A stretch of DNA of 64,000 nt. It comes from an uncultured Clostridia bacterium. Lineage in GTDB: Bacteria; Bacillota; Clostridia; TANB77; CAG-508. The stretch is taken from NCBI GenBank assembly GCA_947628815.1, contig CANRBJ010000004.1, forward strand, positions 28,355-92,354, written 5' to 3'. Position numbers and translations under genes: made by a program. Under the pieces are notes generated by a model. It was not told the origin of the DNA. It saw only the letters and a list, made by a program, of their open reading frames with translations, and ran no database searches. Below are positions 20,369 to 32,028 of the stretch, one piece after another. Positions within the stretch are counted from its first letter, which is position 1. Every line of letters starts with the position of its first letter.

Positions 20369-23300
20369 TTATAATAAGTATCGTTTGATAACTCCTTCAA
20401 TTTTTACTGTATCTATTCCACCTTTTTCATCATCATAAGTTACAATTAAATTTTTTCCCTCTATGATTCCGTTTTCTTCATAAACTTTTTTCTTTGCTTC
20501 CCAATGCATTTTATAATTTATATCAGTCATCATACCACAATGTTCCCAATACCATATATCACCTAAATCTGTTTTTATTGTAAAATCAGGAATTCGAATA
20601 CTATTATCTTTTAAAATTAATTCTTTTTCGTAGTAATATTTAATGTCACCTTTTCTTTCATAATCATATAAAATATTAGCAATAATTACCTCAGACTTTG
20701 ATCTAACTAAATCACCTTTAAGTGTTTTGTGTATTTTATTTTCATCAAAATATTTATTATTATATATAACAACACTTGGTCTTTTTTCTTTTATTTCTGA
20801 AAATAAATCTGTTAGCCTTTGTGCAATATTGGAATTATCATCTGTAGAATAATATAATAATTTATACGGCTCATCATTATATAAAATTATTATATTATCA
20901 ATTTGTCTAGTTAAAGCTGTATATAACATTTCTTTTGAAATCATTCTACTATCTTTGTCTAAAACTAATATAACTGTATTAAATTGACTTCCTTGAGCTT
21001 TATGTACTGTTAATGCATATGCTAATTCTAAAATAGCATCACGTTCCTCACTAAACTCTGATGGATTATAGGCATAATCAATACCTAATTGAGATGAAAA
21101 TTCAACATGTAACTGCTTTGTAAAATCACCATTCTTCTTTCCAAAATGTAATCCTGCAATTCCTATTTCACCATTTGCAACATATAAATATTCTGTTTTA
21201 TTATTATTAGAATTATATCCATTCCTTCTTTTATTAATTACATTAATAACTTTATCACCATATACTATTTTCTCAGCACCTAAACTTTTGCATATTACTT
21301 TATACGGTCCATATTTTTTTGATAACTCTATAAAATTAGATTTATATTTTTCATGTATTAATTTATTTATACTAACTACTCCATGTGGCATATTTTTAAC
21401 AGGTGACAGTATTTGCCATCTTTCAACATTTTTACTACATCCTAAATTAAAATAATTATATCTATTTTCATATGTAATTGCACCAAGAGATTCATTAAAT
21501 CCGCAAATATCATCAATATCTTTTAATTTTAATTCTTTAACTAAAATTTCCAATATTTTCTTTTCTAATTCTTCCTTATTTTCCCATTTTTGAAATTTAA
21601 TTCTATTTTGGTTACTATCTATTATATTTGATATAATATTATCCTGCATTTCTGCATTATCAATAAACATATTTGAAAATTCTACATCAAGCATATTATC
21701 TATTCCTTTTTGTCTTCTGTTAACAATTAGTTTTTTATAGTTTTTAGGGAATTTTTCTTCAAGCAAATTAATCAAATCAACAAAAGGCTTACCTGCACCT
21801 ATAGGTGGTAATTGATTTGAATCACCCACAAAAATTATTCTCCTAGCCGTTTTTATAGCTTGAATAAGAGCTCCAAACATTTCTTCAGTTAGCATAGATG
21901 ACTCATCAATAATTACTGTTTCTGGAACATCTGCATCCTTATCTGATAAAATATATTTCATATTTTCAAAACTAAATCTACCACTTTTAGATAAAAATTG
22001 CGCAGTGTTATATGTTTCAAAATTAATTGCATTTTCTCCCATACTTTCCTTTAATCTCACCGCAGCCTTTCCAGTTGGTGCTAAAAGCAGAACTCCATTA
22101 TTCTTAATTTCTGGCAAGTTACAAAAAATTGATAATACTGTTGTTTTACCTGTCCCTGCTCCTCCAGTAAGAGCAAATATTCGCGATTTTGACATTTTAT
22201 TAAGAGCATCTATTTTTTCCTTTCTAGCATTTAGTTCCTGTAATTTGGCATTTTTATTTTTTTCTTTAACTTCCCCAAAAAAATCGTTGACTATTTTTTC
22301 CCAATCAATATCTAATTCTAATGATGTTGCATTTAATCTTTTATTTATATTTTTTTCAATAATTGTTTCATATTCCTGTAAGCGAACCAATTTATAGTAA
22401 TTTGAATTATCTTTTAGTTCTTTTACATCAATCTCATCTGCAAAAAATTCATTATAAGATAATAAATTATTCTTATTAAATTCTGCTTTTATCTTTATAA
22501 TCGAATTTGTATTTTCATTATAATCTTCTAGCAATTCCATTAATTTATTAATCGGCAAAATTGTATTACCATTTTGAGCTTCATTTTCCAATAAAGATAC
22601 TAATAAAGCTCTAATTCTTCTTTTATCGTTTACTCCATTCATAGCACTTTGAGTTTCTATAAGATAGTCTTTTTTTAATAATGGAATAAAATACATGGCA
22701 AAATCTACCTTTTTAATTGATATACATATACTATTTATTAGTCTTGTTTTTTCATATAATAAATATGGATTATTAATTATCGCTTTATTAGAGAAATCCC
22801 CTTTTATAGAATTTTTCTTTAATATTTCAATTCTTTTTTCTTCATTAAAAATTGTATCTGCTTGCAATGCATTTAATGAAAATCTTGATAAAAGTCTGAA
22901 TAATTCTTTTTGTTCTTCTGTTAAAATATTCTTCCAAGTATTTTGATCCTTTTCTTCAATATTTTTTGAAAATCTATCCTCTAAATATTCTTGCGGATTT
23001 TCCATCACTTTATCAAAATAATCCCATAAATTCTCATTTCTTTGTTTTGCATTTTTTAATATCTCTTCTCCAAGTGGAAATGCTCCTCTATTTATTCCTA
23101 AAGCATAAAGCATTGGACAAAATCCTGGATATTCTCCTCTTTGTTCCAAAACAATATCTAATTTTTTTTCTAACCAATTTATTACATTACTATAATCTCT
23201 ATTAAGAATTGAAGAAATTGTTTTATAAGTTTTTATACATTTTAAGATTATTTCAATTACACTATCATAAGATACATGTTCTGCTGCATAAGAAAACTCG

Positions 23301-24112
23301 TCAAACGCTTCTTGTGGTGCAAAAACAATAATCGAATTATAATCAAAATCTATATCATTTTTCGTTTTCTCGTATATTTCTTTATAAGGAATAATAAATC
23401 CATTATTGTTATCCTCTCTTATTGAGTGACTTACCATTGTTTCCCATGTTAAAGAGTTAAGTTCTGGATGTTGTTCATTTATATATTCTTTTACACCTGT
23501 TAGCTTTAGAATATCTCCTATACCTATAATAACTCTTCCTGGTTCATCTGTATATGGTATCTGTTTTGCATATACTATACACAAAGATTCATTTGGAATA
23601 ACATTTTTATAAAAAGCTTTAAAAATTTCCCCTTGATTATGCTTTGTTTGAATCCATGTAGTTGTAATATTAATTGGCTCAATTTTATCATTATAATCAA
23701 TATCATAATACTTTGATTTTTCCTCAATATTATCTTTCATTGTCCAAAAATATGGTCTGCTTGGCAATGAATATGGCGGATATTTAACCTCTACAGATTT
23801 AAAGTCTTTATAGTTTTCATAAATATCTTTAAAAAATGAATATCTACTATCAAAATATCTTTCTTTATAAGGGTGATCTGAAATTCTTGTTATTTCAGAT
23901 TTATTCATAAACGCAGCACCTTCATTTATACACGGAATATAAGTGTGATTTTTCAAGCATTGTCCACATATCTTATTTTCTATTTCATCATTTTTATTTT
24001 CGGATATATTATTTAACTTTAAACATGAAATATTCTCGCTTGGTTTTTTACAAATAGTTCCATCCCAACCGTTATCATGCCATGGAACTCTTATTGATAT
24101 ATGTTGTGCCAT
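20369..24112 (-). CDS. Large RecD-like SF1B helicase with unknown N-terminal domain and C-terminal PD-(D/E)xK-like nuclease
   Basis: GGAGTGKT, IIDESSM, GDSNQLPP, TVHKAQGSQF, YTALTR; tail RSKSE..PDF..WEHCG; GGAGG RBS before ATG 24112. Confidence 0.85.
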   Translation of the reverse strand: MAQHISIRVPWHDNGWDGTICKKPSENISCLKLNNISENKNDEIENKICGQCLKNHTYIPCINEGAAFMNKSEITRISDHPYKERYFDSRYSFFKDIYENYKDFKSVEVKYPPYSLPSRPYFWTMKDNIEEKSKYYDIDYNDKIEPINITTTWIQTKHNQGEIFKAFYKNVIPNESLCIVYAKQIPYTDEPGRVIIGIGDILKLTGVKEYINEQHPELNSLTWETMVSHSIREDNNNGFIIPYKEIYEKTKNDIDFDYNSIIVFAPQEAFDEFSYAAEHVSYDSVIEIILKCIKTYKTISSILNRDYSNVINWLEKKLDIVLEQRGEYPGFCPMLYALGINRGAFPLGEEILKNAKQRNENLWDYFDKVMENPQEYLEDRFSKNIEEKDQNTWKNILTEEQKELFRLLSRFSLNALQADTIFNEEKRIEILKKNSIKGDFSNKAIINNPYLLYEKTRLINSICISIKKVDFAMYFIPLLKKDYLIETQSAMNGVNDKRRIRALLVSLLENEAQNGNTILPINKLMELLEDYNENTNSIIKIKAEFNKNNLLSYNEFFADEIDVKELKDNSNYYKLVRLQEYETIIEKNINKRLNATSLELDIDWEKIVNDFFGEVKEKNKNAKLQELNARKEKIDALNKMSKSRIFALTGGAGTGKTTVLSIFCNLPEIKNNGVLLLAPTGKAAVRLKESMGENAINFETYNTAQFLSKSGRFSFENMKYILSDKDADVPETVIIDESSMLTEEMFGALIQAIKTARRIIFVGDSNQLPPIGAGKPFVDLINLLEEKFPKNYKKLIVNRRQKGIDNMLDVEFSNMFIDNAEMQDNIISNIIDSNQNRIKFQKWENKEELEKKILEILVKELKLKDIDDICGFNESLGAITYENRYNYFNLGCSKNVERWQILSPVKNMPHGVVSINKLIHEKYKSNFIELSKKYGPYKVICKSLGAEKIVYGDKVINVINKRRNGYNSNNNKTEYLYVANGEIGIAGLHFGKKNGDFTKQLHVEFSSQLGIDYAYNPSEFSEERDAILELAYALTVHKAQGSQFNTVILVLDKDSRMISKEMLYTALTRQIDNIIILYNDEPYKLLYYSTDDNSNIAQRLTDLFSEIKEKRPSVVIYNNKYFDENKIHKTLKGDLVRSKSEVIIANILYDYERKGDIKYYYEKELILKDNSIRIPDFTIKTDLGDIWYWEHCGMMTDINYKMHWEAKKKVYEENGIIEGKNLIVTYDDEKGGIDTVKIEGVIKRYLL

Positions 24113-24186
24113 ATTAAATTCCTCCATTTTATTATTTTTTTCTGTTTTAGCACTTAATATTGGTCAAATTAGCATTTATTTATAGC

Positions 24187-24216
24187 GAAGAAAGATGCTC
24201 TTAGGCATCTTTCTTC
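24187..24216 (-). terminator. Hairpin downstream of lexA
   Basis: GAAGAAAGATGC..GCATCTTTCTTC. Confidence 0.65.
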
Positions 24217-24220
24217 ATAT

Positions 24221-24871
24221 CTACATCTTTCTAAAAACACCACTAACCTTACCAAGTATCTTACAATCTGGAACAATGATTGGATCCATTGTAGAATTTT
24301 CTGGTTGCAAACGGATATGGTCTTGTTCTTTATAGAAAGTCTTAACTGTTGCTTCATCTTCTATTAAAGCAACTACAATTTCTCCGTTATTTGCTGTGTT
24401 TTGTTTTCTAACAAGAATGTAGTCTCCATCTAGAATTCCTGCTTCTATCATACTTTCTCCTCTTACTGTAAGCATAAAAGATTCGCTGTTTCCTACGAAA
24501 TCTATTGGAATTGGAAATGTATCGGTTACATTTTCTACTGCTAAAATTGGTGCACCTGCTGTAATTTTTCCAATTACAGGAACTTCTACCATTTCTTTTC
24601 CAGAATAGAATTCTTTCATTGCCATTTGATTTTTGTTTTCTCCACCTTTTAATAGTTTTAATGTTCTACCCTTTTGTGATTCTTTCTTAATGTACCCTTT
24701 TTCTTCTAGTTTTGCAAGATATCCATGTACAGTTGCTGTTGATTTTAATCCTACTGCTTTTCCAATTTCTCTAACAGATGGTGGATAACTGTTTATTGCT
24801 ATTTGTTTTTCAATAAATTTTAAAATTGCTTTTTCTCTCTTATTTAGTTCGTTTGAATCTTTTTTTCTCAT
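24221..24871 (-). CDS. lexA: LexA repressor
   Basis: [13 protein letters not shown] cleavage site (ITAGAP), GESM, TVK. Confidence 0.96.
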   Translation of the reverse strand: MRKKDSNELNKREKAILKFIEKQIAINSYPPSVREIGKAVGLKSTATVHGYLAKLEEKGYIKKESQKGRTLKLLKGGENKNQMAMKEFYSGKEMVEVPVIGKITAGAPILAVENVTDTFPIPIDFVGNSESFMLTVRGESMIEAGILDGDYILVRKQNTANNGEIVVALIEDEATVKTFYKEQDHIRLQPENSTMDPIIVPDCKILGKVSGVFRKM

Positions 24872-24905
24872 TATTCAAATCACTCCCTTTTTTCTATTCG
24901 CCATA

Positions 24906-24945
24906 ATCGTATCACAAAAAATAAAAAAAGTCAAACAAAAGTTTG
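24906..24945 (-). promoter_or_regulatory. lexA promoter with overlapping SOS-box-like palindrome
   Basis: TTGACT-N17-TACGAT with extended TG; CAAAC-AAAA-GTTTG at 24932-24945 overlaps the -35. Confidence 0.6.
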
Positions 24946-24963
24946 AACTTTTTTTATTTTTTA

Positions 24964-27257
<2,294 letters not shown>

Positions 27258-27350
27258 ATATCTCTTCCGTCCCTTCTTTAAAACTAATTTTTATTATACT
27301 CTAATTTTATAAAAAAAACAACTCCATATTTGGAGTTGTCCTTATAATAT

Positions 27351-27626
27351 TTAAGCATCTTTAATAACTTCGCTTACTGGATAAACACTAATTTTTTTCT
27401 TATCTCTACCCAATCTTTCAAATTTAACTGTTCCATCAACTAATGCATATAATGTATCATCTTTACCAATACCAACATTAGTTCCTGGATGCATATGAGT
27501 TCCTCTTTGTCTCATCAAAATATTACCTGCTAAAACAAATTGCCCATCAGCACGTTTAACACCAAGACGTTTTGACTCACTGTCTCTACCGTTCTTAACA
27601 CTACCTTGACCTTTCTTATGAGCCAT
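27351..27626 (-). CDS. rpmA: 50S ribosomal protein L27 (no N-terminal extension)
   Basis: MAHKKG..NGRDS..KRLG. Confidence 0.98.
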   Translation of the reverse strand: MAHKKGQGSVKNGRDSESKRLGVKRADGQFVLAGNILMRQRGTHMHPGTNVGIGKDDTLYALVDGTVKFERLGRDKKKISVYPVSEVIKDA

Positions 27627-27699
27627 CTTAAATTCACTCCTTCCTACAATATGTTGTTATATTTCTCTTTAAAAAATTATCTAAATTACGCTTCCTTTT

Positions 27700-28041
27700 T
27701 TAAGCTTTTTCTTCTGCTTTTTTAGCAGATGGCTTTTTAATAGAAGTAATTTCAACCTTTGTATATGGTTGTCTATGACCTTGTTTTCTTCTATAATTCT
27801 TTTTAGGTTTATATTTGAAAACAATGATTTTCTTACCTTTACCGTGTGCTACAACTTTTCCTTCTACTTTAAAACCTTTAACATAAGGAGCTCCTATTTC
27901 AATTTTTTCTCCATCAGATACTAAAACAACATTATCAAAAGTAACTTTTTCATCAACTTCAACATCTAATTTCTCGAAAAATACTACATCCCCTTCTGCT
28001 ACTTTATATTGTTTTCCACAGCTTTCAATTATTGCGTACAT
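27700..28041 (-). CDS. rplU: 50S ribosomal protein L21
   Basis: MYAIIE..GKQYKV, GHRQPYT. Confidence 0.98.
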   Translation of the reverse strand: MYAIIESCGKQYKVAEGDVVFFEKLDVEVDEKVTFDNVVLVSDGEKIEIGAPYVKGFKVEGKVVAHGKGKKIIVFKYKPKKNYRRKQGHRQPYTKVEITSIKKPSAKKAEEKA

Positions 28042-28061
28042 TTATGTACACCTCCCTTTTT

Positions 28062-28136
28062 TGTATACTCGCTAATCCCAATTTTTAGGTAGTTAGATTA
28101 TTTCTAACATTTATGTACCTTAATTAAGCGGATTAC
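28062..28136 (-). promoter_or_regulatory. Probable L21 leader RNA
   Basis: CCGC...AGGT..ACCT...GCGAGT pairing in the rplU 5' UTR. Confidence 0.5.
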
Positions 28137-28274
28137 AGATTAATATTCTACCATACTTTTCCTACTTTGTCAAACATCATTTTTAATTTTTGATTATTTA
28201 TTTTTTACTTTAATTTTTTGCATAACTATTGACATTTTTACATATACTTTGTAAAATAATATTTAATTACACAT

Positions 28275-28492
28275 TTTGCGTTGAAGATGACGAGCAGTTA
28301 GAAGTTACTAAACAGAGAGTAAAGGTTATAAGCTGAGAGCCTTTTTAGAGAGACCTAACTTGAATAACACATCGGAGCAATTTTTTATAGAGTGAAAAAA
28401 CTTATTATTATAGTAAGTTTTTTAAGCTGGGTGGTACCGCGGAATTTTAACTTTCGTCCCTGCATTTTTGCAGAAGATGAAAGTTTTTTGTT
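28275..28492 (+). promoter_or_regulatory. T-box riboswitch (Asp)
   Basis: AGAGA and GCTGAGA stem I motifs, GAC specifier, GGGTGGTACCGCG T-box, terminator AACTTTCGTC..GATGAAAGTTTTTT; TTGACA-N17-TAAAAT promoter upstream. Confidence 0.9.
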
Positions 28493-28552
28493 TGTCTTTT
28501 GCATTATATTATTAATGAAAGTTTTTAACTTTCAACTTAAGGAGGAATTTTT

Positions 28553-30298
28553 ATGTATAGGACACATGATTGTGGAGAAATTCGAATAAGTGATGTAGGA
28601 AAAACAGTTTCTATTGCTGGTTGGGTACAAACTATTCGTGATTTAGGTGGAGTTGTTTTTATTGATGTAAGGGATCAATATGGAATTACTCAAGCTGTTG
28701 TTTCAGGAAATGAAAAGCTAGTTGATTTTGTTAGTCATATTCCTTGCGAATCTACTGTTACTTTAACAGGTATGGTTCGTAAAAGAGATGAAGAAACTTA
28801 TAACCCAAATATTGCTACTGGTGAGGTAGAAGTTTTTATTGATAAAATTGAAATTTTAGGTAAACGAACTAAGTATCTTCCTTTTGAAATTAATTCTTCT
28901 AGTGATGTTAGAGAAGATTTACGTTTGCAATATCGTTTTTTGGATTTGCGATGCGATAAATTAAAGGAAAATCTTATTTTAAGAGCTAAGGTTTTGCAGT
29001 ATTTACGTTCACAAATGGTTGAACAAGGTTTTTTGGAGGTTCAAACACCTATATTAACTAGTTCTTCTCCTGAAGGTGCTCGTGATTATTTAGTTCCTAG
29101 TAGACTTCATGCTGGTAAGTTTTATGCTTTACCCCAAGCCCCTCAACAATTTAAACAATTGTTAATGGTTTCTGGAATTGATAAGTACTTTCAAATTGCA
29201 CCTTGTTTTCGTGATGAAGATGCCCGTGCTGACCGTGCACCCGGCGAGTTTTATCAGTTAGATATGGAGATGTGTTTCGCAAGCCAAGAAGATGTTTTTA
29301 ATGTTATGGAACCTGTTATTTATAATACATTTAAAACTTTTTCTAATAAAGAAATTGAAAAATATCCATTTCCGCGTATTACTTATAAAGATGCTATGTT
29401 AAAATATGGAACAGATAAACCTGATTTAAGAAATCCTCTTGTTATTATAGATGTAACAGAATTCTTTAATAGATGTACTTTTAAACCTTTTCATAATAGA
29501 ACTGTACGTGCTATAAAGGTAAGTGGTCATATGTCTAAGGGATTTCATGAAAAAATGCTTGATTATGCTATGTCTATTGGTATGGGTGGCCTTGGTTATT
29601 TAGAGGTCCTTGAGGATTTAAGTTATAAAGGCCCTATTGATAAATTTATTCCTAATGATATGAAGAAAGAATTATTAGAACTTGCTGATTTAAAAGAAAA
29701 TGACACAATTTTCTTTATCGCAGATAATTTAAAAAGAGCAAATGAACTTGCAGGTCAAATTCGTACAGAACTTGGAAAACGATTAGACCTTATAAATGAA
29801 GATGTATTTAGCTTCTGTTGGATTATAGATTTTCCAATGTATGAGTTAAATGATGAAGGAAAATTAGAATTTAGTCATAACCCATTTTCTATGCCACAAG
29901 GTGGATTAGATGCATTAAATAATATGGAACCACTTGATATTTTAGCATACCAATATGATATTGTTTGTAACGGAATTGAGCTTTCTTCGGGAGCTGTTCG
30001 TAACCATGATATTTCTATTATGGAAAAGGCTTTTGAAATTGGTGGTTATACGAAAGAACAATTACAAGAAAGATTTGGAGCCCTTTATACAGCCTTTCAA
30101 TATGGTGCGCCTCCACACGCTGGAATTGCACCTGGTATAGATAGAATGCTTATGCTTTTAACCGGTGAAGATACAATTCGTGAAGTAATTGCTTTCCCAT
30201 TAAACAGCAAAGCACAAGATTTATTAATGGGAGCACCTGGAAAAGTAAGTAACGCGCAACTTCGTGATGTTCATATTAAGTTAGATATAAAAGAGTAG
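28553..30298 (+). CDS. aspS: Aspartyl-tRNA synthetase
   Basis: MYRTH, PEGARDY, FRDED, PPHAGIAPGIDR. Confidence 0.97.
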   Translation: MYRTHDCGEIRISDVGKTVSIAGWVQTIRDLGGVVFIDVRDQYGITQAVVSGNEKLVDFVSHIPCESTVTLTGMVRKRDEETYNPNIATGEVEVFIDKIEILGKRTKYLPFEINSSSDVREDLRLQYRFLDLRCDKLKENLILRAKVLQYLRSQMVEQGFLEVQTPILTSSSPEGARDYLVPSRLHAGKFYALPQAPQQFKQLLMVSGIDKYFQIAPCFRDEDARADRAPGEFYQLDMEMCFASQEDVFNVMEPVIYNTFKTFSNKEIEKYPFPRITYKDAMLKYGTDKPDLRNPLVIIDVTEFFNRCTFKPFHNRTVRAIKVSGHMSKGFHEKMLDYAMSIGMGGLGYLEVLEDLSYKGPIDKFIPNDMKKELLELADLKENDTIFFIADNLKRANELAGQIRTELGKRLDLINEDVFSFCWIIDFPMYELNDEGKLEFSHNPFSMPQGGLDALNNMEPLDILAYQYDIVCNGIELSSGAVRNHDISIMEKAFEIGGYTKEQLQERFGALYTAFQYGAPPHAGIAPGIDRMLMLLTGEDTIREVIAFPLNSKAQDLLMGAPGKVSNAQLRDVHIKLDIKE

Positions 30299-30305
30299 AA
30301 CAAAT

Positions 30306-30569
30306 CTACTCTTTTATTCCATTTTCCCATAGTTCATTACATGCTATATCTATTTCGTCATTCCAACTAATGCCATATCCGCCTTGATCAACTTTTACTT
30401 TTTTAAATAATTCTATGTCCTTTAAGTTTTCAAAAACTTTCCATTTATTCATTAACTTTTTTACATCATATAATTTTATTACATTATCAATAAACTCCAC
30501 TTTAAGTATCATATTCTCTAAGGCTTCTACTTTTTTTACTTTATATAACCATAGTTTCTTGACTGTCAA
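30306..30569 (-). CDS. Orphan DUF2442-like antitoxin, start uncertain (possibly truncated)
   Basis: KVEALEN..LKVEF..LF.KVKVD.GGYGISW..DI; resembles 48869-49111; no clear RBS. Confidence 0.6.
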   Translation of the reverse strand: MTVKKLWLYKVKKVEALENMILKVEFIDNVIKLYDVKKLMNKWKVFENLKDIELFKKVKVDQGGYGISWNDEIDIACNELWENGIKE

Positions 30570-30669
30570 GTATGAAATAGATAAATATTAAAAGGAAAAC
30601 CTTCTTGTTTTATTCATTAATTTATGATACAATATGTCCTATAAATTGATTTAGGAATAAGGAGTAAAT

Positions 30670-31216
30670 ATGCAAGCAGTACAAGAAAAAAATGAAATAA
30701 ATAATTCAAATATATTTGTAGCAATTGATGTTGAAACTACAGGATTATCACCAGTAAAAAATGAATTAATAGAAGTAAGTGCAATAAAGTATGAGGGAAC
30801 TAAAAAAATAGATACTTTTTCTACCTTAATAAAACCAAAAGTAAGTATACCTTATCATATTACAAACATCACAGGAATTACAAATAAAATGGTAGAACAG
30901 TCACCTATGGTAGAAGAAATAATGCCATTATTAGTAGATTTTATTGGTAATTATCCAATTATTGCACATAATGCACGGGTTTGATTATAGCTTTATACAA
31001 AATTATTCAAATAATAGTTTTTCGAAGAATAAAGTAATTGATACTGTTGCAATAGGAAGAAAATTATATCCAAAACTTCCTAATCATAAATTATGGACTA
31101 TAGCAAAATATATAGGAATAACTGAAGATGGATTTCATAGAGCAGAATTTGACTGCGAATGTTGTGCTAAAATCTATATGGAGTATTTGAAATCTATACA
31201 TATTAATAAAAACTAA
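30670..31216 (+). CDS. DEDDh 3'-5' exonuclease (Pol III epsilon-like), +1 frameshift at CGG 30976-30978 (181 aa joined)
   Basis: DVETTG; CAT AAT GCA C-GGG TTT GAT restores HNAGFD; HRAEFD downstream. Confidence 0.9.
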
Positions 31217-31231
31217 GAGGAGGAAAAACAT

Positions 31232-31981
31232 ATGAAAGCATTAGTAACAGGAGCATCTTCCGGAATAGGAAGAGATATTGCAAGAATTCTAAGCAAAATG
31301 GGATATGATATTATTGCAGTTGCAAGAGATGGAAATAAATTAAATGATTTAAAAGAAGAACTTTCTACAAAAGTAGAAATTATTGCATTAGATTTATCAG
31401 ATAATGAAAGCTGTGTAGCATTATATAAAGCAGTAAAAAATAAAAATATAGATGTTTTAATTAATAATGCAGGTTTTGGCGACTTTGGTGAATTTACAAA
31501 AACAGATTTGGATAAAGAGATTAATATGATTAATACAAATATTACAGCAGTGCATATATTAACAAAGTTGTTTTTGCAAGATATGGTAAAAAAAGATAAA
31601 GGATATATTTTAAATGTTGCATCAATTGCAGGTTTTATGCCAGGTCCACTTATGGCAACATATTATTCTACAAAATCATATATTGTGCGCTTAACCCAAG
31701 GCATTTATACAGAACTTAAAAAAAATAAATCTAATGTTTCTATAAGTGTTCTATGTCCAGGACCTGTAAAAACCAACTTTGATAATGTAGCAAACGTAAA
31801 ATTTAATTTAAAGTCTATGAGTAGCGAATATGTAGCAAAGTATGCAATAAATAAGATGTTTAAGCATAAATTAATTATATTACCAGGAATAAAAATAAAA
31901 CTTGCAAAATTTTTAGCAAAAATTTCACCAGAAAAATTAACTGCAAGAGTTTGCTATCATATGCAAAAAATGAAAAAATGA
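31232..31981 (+). CDS. Short-chain dehydrogenase/reductase
   Basis: TGASSGIG, NNAG, YYSTK. Confidence 0.92.
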   Translation: MKALVTGASSGIGRDIARILSKMGYDIIAVARDGNKLNDLKEELSTKVEIIALDLSDNESCVALYKAVKNKNIDVLINNAGFGDFGEFTKTDLDKEINMINTNITAVHILTKLFLQDMVKKDKGYILNVASIAGFMPGPLMATYYSTKSYIVRLTQGIYTELKKNKSNVSISVLCPGPVKTNFDNVANVKFNLKSMSSEYVAKYAINKMFKHKLIILPGIKIKLAKFLAKISPEKLTARVCYHMQKMKK

Positions 31982-32028
31982 GAAAGACTCTATTTTACTT
32001 TTATAGTAGAATAGAGTCTTTTCTTAGC

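Noticed and set aside
13640-24180. Integrative mobile element around the defence genes
   Set aside because: No integrase, transposase or flanking direct repeats found.
28392-28589. 65-aa ORF before aspS
   Set aside because: It lies over the T-box antiterminator and terminator.
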